Shown here one piece after another: positions 28,504 through 34,434 of a DNA stretch of 64,000 bases (position 1 is its first letter; every line of letters starts with the position of its first letter). Both the position numbers and the translations under genes were made by a program. This DNA is from Syntrophales bacterium. Its GTDB lineage: Bacteria; Desulfobacterota; Syntrophia; Syntrophales; UBA4778. Under the pieces are notes generated by a model. The model was given only the letters and a program-made list of their open reading frames with translations. It was not told the origin of the DNA and did not search any database. The stretch is taken from assembly GCA_963665615.2 (NCBI GenBank), contig CAXXQE010000006.1, positions 585,165-649,164 of the forward strand, read 5' to 3'.

Positions 28504-29301
28504 ATGGCTGTCTTTGATGTGTATGTGGCAAAGCTAACTCAGTATATCGAGAATATGCGGGAGTGCGGCAGGCAAGTTCGAGAAATCAATTGTCCTTCCA
28601 CAAGCACTGAACTGCTGGAGGACCTTCCTGTTCGAATAGGCGAGCAACCTTGCCATGGGATCATCACTCGAGAAGATACTTATGTTGAAATGGGGAGCCA
28701 AGATGCAGGCTCCTGTTCTTTTCTTTTGTGGACGAAAAATCCATCTTTAATTTCTGGCGGGAAAATTACCGTAATTGGTCCAGATATCCTGGATTCACCG
28801 GGAGCCTGTTTGCCGTTTGGTCAGATTCTGATGATAGGGGGAGGAGACCTTTGCAATGAGGATCATGGTGTTCTAGAGCGAAAACAGTATATTTCAGACC
28901 AGATCGAAGGATATATGGCCAAGATCTTATCTCATCGTATCTGGGCCAGGGTGAGCAAGGATGCCGCATCAAAGGGTTTTAGCTTTGAAACCTTGGGAAG
29001 AGGGTTGATGGCCCTGTATAAATCAGGGCTCCCCAAGGTCGAGGATGTGGAGATTGTTTTTGTCACCTCAAGTAGAGATGATTTGAGACCCTTGCAGAGA
29101 ATGTCAAAAGAAGTTCGCAAAATAACAAAAAAGATCATGCGAGAAAACTGGAGTGCCAAAGGCTTTGACATAGAGTGCATTCTGGATTGCAGCCGCTGCC
29201 AAAATGCAACTGTATGCGATGAAATTAGAGAAGTCGTCTCAATCAGCAAACAACAAAGCGATGTTGTTATTAAGCAGTCCATAATAGAAAGGACGGGATG
29301 A
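28504..29301 (+). CDS. Protein resembling the central domain of acetyl-CoA synthase (AcsB/CdhC) without the N-terminal CODH-docking domain or the Ni-binding C-terminal part
   Basis: By-eye matches to remembered AcsB/CdhC segments: DTYVEMGS, GKITVIGPDI, VLERKQYISDQIEGYM, RIWARVSKDAASKGFSFETLG and VEIVFVTS. It ends shortly after LDCSRCQNATVC. The assignment relies on memory of ACS sequences, not on a search. Confidence 0.6.
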   Translation: MAVFDVYVAKLTQYIENMRECGRQVREINCPSTSTELLEDLPVRIGEQPCHGIITREDTYVEMGSQDAGSCSFLLWTKNPSLISGGKITVIGPDILDSPGACLPFGQILMIGGGDLCNEDHGVLERKQYISDQIEGYMAKILSHRIWARVSKDAASKGFSFETLGRGLMALYKSGLPKVEDVEIVFVTSSRDDLRPLQRMSKEVRKITKKIMRENWSAKGFDIECILDCSRCQNATVCDEIREVVSISKQQSDVVIKQSIIERTG

Positions 29302-29367
29302 TGTCCGACTTTGTAAATATTCAACGACGGCTTAAAGGCTGTATATACGGTTGGAAGGAGAATTTCC

Positions 29368-30135
29368 ATGTCCGAACCTGAAGGGAAATTAATAGCCATA
29401 TGCGGTAAGGGAGGTACAGGAAAGACTGCTTTAGCCGCTATGATGGCCAAAGTTATTCTGGACAGTGGTCAGAGGAGAAAACTATTGCTCATTGATGCCG
29501 ATCCAGCCACTGGTCTGGCTATTGCTCTTGGAGTAAAAATTAAACGCACCGTCGGGCAGATTCGAGAAAAAATTATCAGAACTGCTAAAGCAGGAGACAA
29601 AGGAGAAAAAAATCGGATAGCGGATAGCCTCGATTATATGGTCTTTGAGGCACTTAACGAGGTAAACGGCTTTACCCTTCTGGCCATGGGACGTACCGAA
29701 ACACTCGGTTGCTTTTGTCCTGTCAACGAGCTGTTGAGAGATATCTTGGGAAAGCTCTCCAGAAGTTTCGATATAATTATTATTGATTGTGAAGCCGGTC
29801 TGGAACAAATTAACAGACAAGTTGTGCATGCTGTGCATACACTTATTGTCGTCAGCGATCCTTCAATGAGAGGTTTGCAGACCGTATCCCTGATAAAGAA
29901 TATGGTGGAAACAGACAAAGTGATACGCTGCGAGAAAATGGGTTTGGTTTTCAATAGGCTGCAAGGCGAGGAGAATCAAATGAAACATTTCTCAGGGATG
30001 GAAATACTTGGATATGTTCCTCAAGACGAAAACATTATATATCACGATTCATCTGGAAAACCTTTATTGACGCTCCCAGATTCTTCACCTGCCCTCATTG
30101 AGGTTCGCAAAATTACAGAAAAGTGTTTGAACTGA
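29368..30135 (+). CDS. CooC/AcsF-type P-loop NTPase, copy 2
   Basis: ICGKGGTGKTA deviant Walker A, LIDADPATGL, and CxC motif LGCFCPVNELLR. GGAAGGAG upstream. Confidence 0.85.
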   Translation: MSEPEGKLIAICGKGGTGKTALAAMMAKVILDSGQRRKLLLIDADPATGLAIALGVKIKRTVGQIREKIIRTAKAGDKGEKNRIADSLDYMVFEALNEVNGFTLLAMGRTETLGCFCPVNELLRDILGKLSRSFDIIIIDCEAGLEQINRQVVHAVHTLIVVSDPSMRGLQTVSLIKNMVETDKVIRCEKMGLVFNRLQGEENQMKHFSGMEILGYVPQDENIIYHDSSGKPLLTLPDSSPALIEVRKITEKCLN

Positions 30136-30305
30136 TTGCCGCGATGAATGTTCTTCCCAGAAAAGTGGGGGCACCATTAGGCTGCCATATCTGACATCGG
30201 ACTTTTGAATACAAGAGGCGGCAAATAAACCAGTGGGACAGTAAGCCGCCCTGTCAAGTGGACCGTTAAAAAAATAGAGTCCCTGGCATAGTGTTCTAAA
30301 ACGTC

Positions 30306-30350
30306 ATTCGGCCGCATGTCTCACTTGGACATACGGCCGAATTTCATTTT
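30306..30350. terminator. Bidirectional intrinsic terminator between the plus-strand operon and the convergent EthD gene
   Basis: ATTCGGCCGCATGTC...GACATACGGCCGAAT (14/15 bp stem, 30306-30342) followed by TTCATTTT. On the other strand it is followed by GACGTTTT. Confidence 0.7.
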
Positions 30351-30454
30351 AAAATGGCTGTAACGTTAAACGTTCTGAACCGACGAGCGCCACACAAACT
30401 GTCACTTGCAAAATCTACCGCCCATTTTTTTAATATAGCACCATTGTCTATTAT

Positions 30455-30757
30455 TTATATTATTATAGTGCTGGCTTGGATTTTCGGCGTAATGTCTGTA
30501 AAATTCGGAATATCTGACGCGATCTCTTTGGCACACTTAACTGCTGAATAAATCAATGAATCAGCCGACTCGAACTGCAGGGATACAATCGCCAGATAGG
30601 GCGAAGGGTAAAACTCCTGCGTTCCTTCTTCCACGGACATTCCTTTACATGCATCCCCGAAAAGCCTTTTAATCAGGACAACGTGTTTGTTGCAAAAATA
30701 GTCCATATCGAATTTATTGCCGGGGATATTGGGATATAAAATGCTCACCTTAATCAT
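30455..30757 (-). CDS. EthD-family protein (dimeric alpha/beta-barrel)
   Basis: 100 aa. The N-terminus MIKVSILYPNIPGNKFDMDYFCNKHVVLIKRL matches the EthD/TIGR02118-type pattern as I remember it. Confidence 0.65.
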   Translation of the reverse strand: MIKVSILYPNIPGNKFDMDYFCNKHVVLIKRLFGDACKGMSVEEGTQEFYPSPYLAIVSLQFESADSLIYSAVKCAKEIASDIPNFTDITPKIQASTIII

Positions 30758-30797
30758 GTCTCAGTTCCCTTTCGTTTCTCTCACTACGGACCAGGCC

Positions 30798-31664
30798 CTA
30801 TTTTGTTTTTTTGTCAAAGTTATATTCTTCAATCGTCGGTAGACCGCCAACACGCGATGTCAGGCTCTTCAGAAAATCATCCACTGCTTCTTTGAGATTT
30901 TCGATCCGCATTGTTCTCGCCCCGACCGGGCACTCTCGAACGCAGACACCGCAGCCACTGCACTGTTCCTGATTGGTTTTGGATTTCCCATCCTCGATGG
31001 TGATGCAGGACCCAAAACAGTCGGGAATACACTGACCGCATCCGATACACTTTTCCTCATCAACAAATACCTGGAGCCCCTTGAGTCGATGGAAAATCTG
31101 CCTGTCCGGGCCCTTCGGCATCTGCCTTCTGAGCTTGATGGTACCGCAGCAGCACGTGCAGCACAGACAAACCGTGAAGAACGGCTGGGAAATGTCCCAA
31201 ATCTGAAGATCGGCTTCGAAGTGACCGACCATCGGGATTAAGCCAGCATCAACGCATTTGCGCACGTGAGCGATGGTTTCTTCCACTGTGGCATGCTTGA
31301 CATTGTCGTCGTTATGCTCAGCGGTGGAGGTGCCGATATGGATACAACCATATTCATTGTAAGGGTATTTCTTGCACTTCTTGCCTTCCCGGCAGTTGCA
31401 GACATTGCAGATCACTCTGTGGGGCGACCGTCTGATAATTTCTTCCAGGATGACCAATGGCAAGGGAGTGCTGACAGAATTAATCTCGACATTCATTGGA
31501 ATATGATACAGGCTGAAAAGATCAGGCTGGGCCAGCGCCTCCGCCCGTTCTTTCGCTGCTTCACCCAACACGGGCACATCGAGGTCATCAAACAACTTCC
31601 AGGATACGGCCATCAGTTCAAGTTCCTTCGGCGTTCTTTTACTTTTTCTTTTCGGTTCATCCAT
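30798..31664 (-). CDS. Uncharacterised Cys-rich Fe-S protein, paralog B
   Basis: 288 aa. Closest to paralog A: PLPLVILEEIIRRSPHRVICNVCNCREGKKC...YGCIHIG, TVCLCCTCCC, CIGCGQCIPDC, CSGCGVCVRECP, and tail ...SRVGG as in A. Confidence 0.8.
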   Translation of the reverse strand: MDEPKRKSKRTPKELELMAVSWKLFDDLDVPVLGEAAKERAEALAQPDLFSLYHIPMNVEINSVSTPLPLVILEEIIRRSPHRVICNVCNCREGKKCKKYPYNEYGCIHIGTSTAEHNDDNVKHATVEETIAHVRKCVDAGLIPMVGHFEADLQIWDISQPFFTVCLCCTCCCGTIKLRRQMPKGPDRQIFHRLKGLQVFVDEEKCIGCGQCIPDCFGSCITIEDGKSKTNQEQCSGCGVCVRECPVGARTMRIENLKEAVDDFLKSLTSRVGGLPTIEEYNFDKKTK

Positions 31665-31720
31665 CTTTCCTGTTCTCCTTATTCATTGCTAATCGCCTAT
31701 GCAGATTGAAAAGAAACTCT

Positions 31721-31736
31721 TCCAAGTCTTGTGCCA
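31721..31736 (-). promoter_or_regulatory. Weak internal sigma-54-like element upstream of paralog B
   Basis: The reverse strand reads TGGCACaagacTTGGA. The -24 element is perfect, but -12 reads GG instead of GC. It lies 57-72 nt upstream of the ATG at 31664. Confidence 0.25.
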
Positions 31737-31873
31737 AACAGCGGCGCTTTTTTTGTTCTGTTAACACCTGTTCACAAGAAACATGCGCCGATTTGCTACC
31801 ATGCTTCTCACATAGTTGTCTCTTCGCAGGTAACTATACGGTGGGGCCTTATATGCGTGAAACAGAAACCATC

Positions 31874-33112
31874 TTAGCAATAGTCCAGCACCACTTTGAT
31901 GGCATTCGTTTTCCCCTTTGAGTGAACACACCGTACTGCATCCTGATATTGCTCAATCGGAAAGGCATGCGTGACCAGGCCCGCAAAGGCTGACGGGTCC
32001 TGCGCCATGACTTCGAGCGCAAAAGCAAAGGGCTCCGGCGTCCGTCCCGCCAAAGGAATTTTCCCGGAAAAGACAGCGCCAGACACTGTGATCTCTTTCC
32101 AGACCACCAGCGACCAGTCCACTTTTTTCGTCACTTCGAAGGCCAAGCCGACAATCACGACCCGGCCATTACTCCTGACCAGCCGGAGACAGTCATCCAG
32201 CGAATCTTCCGAACCAACTGTATCATAAATGACGTCAGGACCTTTGTTGCCATAAAGCACCCGCTTGCTCATAATCGGGCTGAAAAGCGGACCGCCGGTC
32301 AAGTCAGCAACCTTGTCATACAGCTTCTCGCTATCGCGTTCCACAATGACGTCGTTGGAACCAAGCTGGGAAGCCTTTTCCGCCTGCGATGGGTAACGCG
32401 CCAGGGTGATGATCCGACACTTCGAACCAAGTGCCCGCAGCGCCTTGATCGTCATCAGACCAATGATCCCGGCCCCGACAACAACGACCGTGTCGCTGTC
32501 CTTCGGCATATTCCGCGCCACAGCATGCAGCCCGATGGTGAAGGGTTCGGAAAGGACCGCCACATTATCCGCCACATTATCCGGCACCAGGTGGAATTGC
32601 TGCTCGAAACCAATCAGCTTCTCGCTGAACCCGCCGCCACCGAACCCGCCGAACCCGCCGCGGCCGCCATACGCCTGTTCCTTGTCCGTTCCGTCACCGA
32701 CGCCAACCATACAGAAGCACTCCTCATAATTGCCGTTCTCGCAACAGTTGCAGGGTTTGAATCCATAGAAGCTGCAGCGGGCCAGGGGATTGAGCACGAC
32801 CCGGTCTCCCGGTCGCAGACTGCTGACAGCCGGTCCGACGTCCTCAACGGTGCCAACAACTTCATGCCCCAGCGGCGATGGATTCATGGGCAAAGCCAGC
32901 ATAGTGGTATAGAGAGACCACGCCGCATCTATCGAATGCAGATCGGAGGCGCAGATGCCCCCCAATCGCGTCTTGACGACAACCTGGTTAGGATGAAGAA
33001 TCTTCGGATCGGGCCAATCGTCACGATACTCGATTAAAATGAACTCGCCACCCTGACCTTTTTGCTTCTGTTCGAGTCTTTCGGGACTGCAATTAAACAT
33101 TGCTGCTTTCAT
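31874..33112 (-). CDS. Zinc-dependent medium-chain alcohol dehydrogenase family protein with a Gly-rich insertion
   Basis: ORF 31874..33124. The ATG at 33112 (MKAAMF...) has GGAGG 5 nt upstream. Motifs GICASDLH, GHEVVGTV, structural-Zn Cys cluster CNCCENGNYEEC, and Rossmann VVVVGAGIIG. Confidence 0.85.
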   Translation of the reverse strand: MKAAMFNCSPERLEQKQKGQGGEFILIEYRDDWPDPKILHPNQVVVKTRLGGICASDLHSIDAAWSLYTTMLALPMNPSPLGHEVVGTVEDVGPAVSSLRPGDRVVLNPLARCSFYGFKPCNCCENGNYEECFCMVGVGDGTDKEQAYGGRGGFGGFGGGGFSEKLIGFEQQFHLVPDNVADNVAVLSEPFTIGLHAVARNMPKDSDTVVVVGAGIIGLMTIKALRALGSKCRIITLARYPSQAEKASQLGSNDVIVERDSEKLYDKVADLTGGPLFSPIMSKRVLYGNKGPDVIYDTVGSEDSLDDCLRLVRSNGRVVIVGLAFEVTKKVDWSLVVWKEITVSGAVFSGKIPLAGRTPEPFAFALEVMAQDPSAFAGLVTHAFPIEQYQDAVRCVHSKGKTNAIKVVLDYC

Positions 33113-33211
33113 AAATGCCTCCAAAATAACAATCTGATCGCAATAAAATGGAATTCAGGGGGATGGTTCATCTATCTAATTGTTAAATTACACATATCCA
33201 TCCATAACTGA

Positions 33212-33227
33212 TGCACACTACATGCCA
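33212..33227 (-). promoter_or_regulatory. Sigma-54 (-24/-12) promoter candidate P2 for the ADH - Fe-S paralog B - EthD unit
   Basis: The reverse strand reads TGGCATgtagtGTGCA in exact register, about 100-115 nt upstream of the ATG at 33112. Confidence 0.55.
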
Positions 33228-33258
33228 TCATCAAAACATCATAAAGACAAAGAACTTA

Positions 33259-33297
33259 TGTCAATTTTAGTCTCTATATATAGAATCTTGTTTGACA
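33259..33297. promoter_or_regulatory. Near-symmetric composite site TGTCAA-N8-TCTATATATAGA-N7-TTGACA upstream of P2
   Basis: Half-sites at 33259-33264 and 33292-33297 flank the perfect 12-bp palindrome at 33273-33284. Further TGACA repeats follow at 33310-33330. Confidence 0.4.
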
Positions 33298-33623
33298 GGT
33301 GTTGAATGAATGACATTTTTTGACAATTTTAAAAGGCGAACTTCTCTTTAAAATTATTATTGGAAATCAATTGATGGGCATAGTGTGAGACACCTTGGTA
33401 AAAAAGTTTGAAAATATTTATGAATGGAAATAAAAGTGCCCCGACTGAACTTAGAGTTTACAATTAGTTGATTTTTGCATTTGGAAGCCGATGGGAGGTG
33501 TAGTTTTTGCATATATAAATGTCTCTTTAACTCGAAGAAATCGACGTAAGATATTTTTAGTAAATTTCGATGTATCGAGAATTGCGCACAATCTCGTAAG
33601 AGTTTCTTTGATTCAAAACATAA

Positions 33624-33653
33624 TTGACAGAAAAAAACGTGGGAATGTATAAT
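33624..33653 (+). promoter_or_regulatory. Near-consensus sigma-70 promoter (TTGACA-N18-TATAAT)
   Basis: TTGACA at 33624-33629 and TATAAT at 33648-33653, in an AT-rich region without long ORFs of convincing composition. Confidence 0.5.
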
Positions 33654-33782
33654 ATAAAAATAGGGGAAGTCATGCTGACGCCTACAGCGTGCGACTTCCA
33701 AACCAGAGGGTTGCGGGATTACAACACTTAAAAGTATAAAGGTTCATTGACATACTAGCCCATATAACAAGGAGAAGGAGAA

Positions 33783-33908
33783 ATGAAGTCTGACAACATT
33801 TTTAGAAGAGTATTTTTAGTAGTAACCTTGGGTTTGCTCTTTTCCTGTGCATCTATCATAACAGGCATAATGAAACTCTTTTGCAAGCAGCAGGCAGCCC
33901 CGAATTAA
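33783..33908 (+). CDS. Possible 41-aa lipoprotein-like micro-ORF
   Basis: AAGGAGAAGGAG lies directly upstream of the ATG. MKSDNIFRRVFLVVTLGLLFSCAS... has a basic N-region, a hydrophobic core and a lipobox-like LFSC. It is too short for the ORF track and I know of no homology. Confidence 0.35.
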   Translation: MKSDNIFRRVFLVVTLGLLFSCASIITGIMKLFCKQQAAPN

Positions 33909-34093
33909 CAGTTGCTCACCGAGGTGTGTCAAATTACTTTGTCTTAAATTACGCCAATAATCATAAGAGAGGCATTATTATCTCCTATCTGAGATATGGT
34001 GTCTTTCCAAGCATGTCTGTCGGATATAATTGGAGCTAATGCGTTATATCAAATCAAAATTAAATCTCCCGAACAAGCTTTGATATCCTATTT

Positions 34094-34136
34094 ATGACAA
34101 AGAGGCACGCACGATTCCGTGGTGCCTCTTTGTCAT
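34094..34136. terminator. Strong hairpin (15-bp perfect stem) downstream of the Fe-S relic / FAD-oxidoreductase unit
   Basis: ATGACAAAGAGGCAC (34094-34108) pairs with GTGCCTCTTTGTCAT (34122-34136). There is no clear U-tract on either strand. Confidence 0.45.
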
Positions 34137-34180
34137 AATGAAACTACCTCTGTGGTTCCTGCCCCAAGATAGTTAAAAAA

Positions 34181-34394
34181 TCATCCATCCTGATAGACGC
34201 GTCCGCAGCTGTCTCTTACAGGCAGTGCCGATACCCCTTTGATCCATTGGACGAGTTGCCGGCATAAAGCTTCCTCATTCTCAATATTCATGATAGCAGC
34301 CTGATTCGGACATGCCCCATACATTACATTGAGCACATCCAGAACATGGTCGCCCGTGAGTTGCTTTCCCGTTTACAATCGTATCAACGACGCC
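34181..34394 (-). pseudogene. 5'-truncated, frameshifted relic of a fifth Cys-rich Fe-S paralog (C-terminal about 70 codons only)
   Basis: The reverse strand reads GVVDTIVNGKATHGRPCSGCAQCNV... After a 1-nt frame change it continues ACPNQAAIMNIENEEALCRQLVQWIKGVSALPV. This is collinear with paralog C (...VVDGKAKHGPSCSGCGKCVEVCPNKAVTMNIVDEEVLYQQLVKWIKGVSELPVKNS). Stops TGA TAG lie immediately upstream (34395-34400). Confidence 0.65.
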
Positions 34395-34434
34395 CTATCA
34401 CGATGGTGAGACGTAATTCACGTCACGAGCAAAT

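Noticed and set aside
33357-33701. 114-aa minus-strand ORF in the AT-rich gap
   Set aside because: It has the Phe/Lys/Cys/Ile-rich composition typical of random AT-rich DNA. I see no Shine-Dalgarno and no motif. It also overlaps the near-consensus plus-strand sigma-70 promoter.
33660-33782. Whether the structured leader is a known riboswitch (I considered c-di-GMP, yybP-ykoY/Mn, guanidine, ZTP, fluoride and preQ1)
   Set aside because: I could not match the conserved cores of any of these classes by eye. It stays reported only as an unexplained structured leader and needs an Rfam/Infernal scan.
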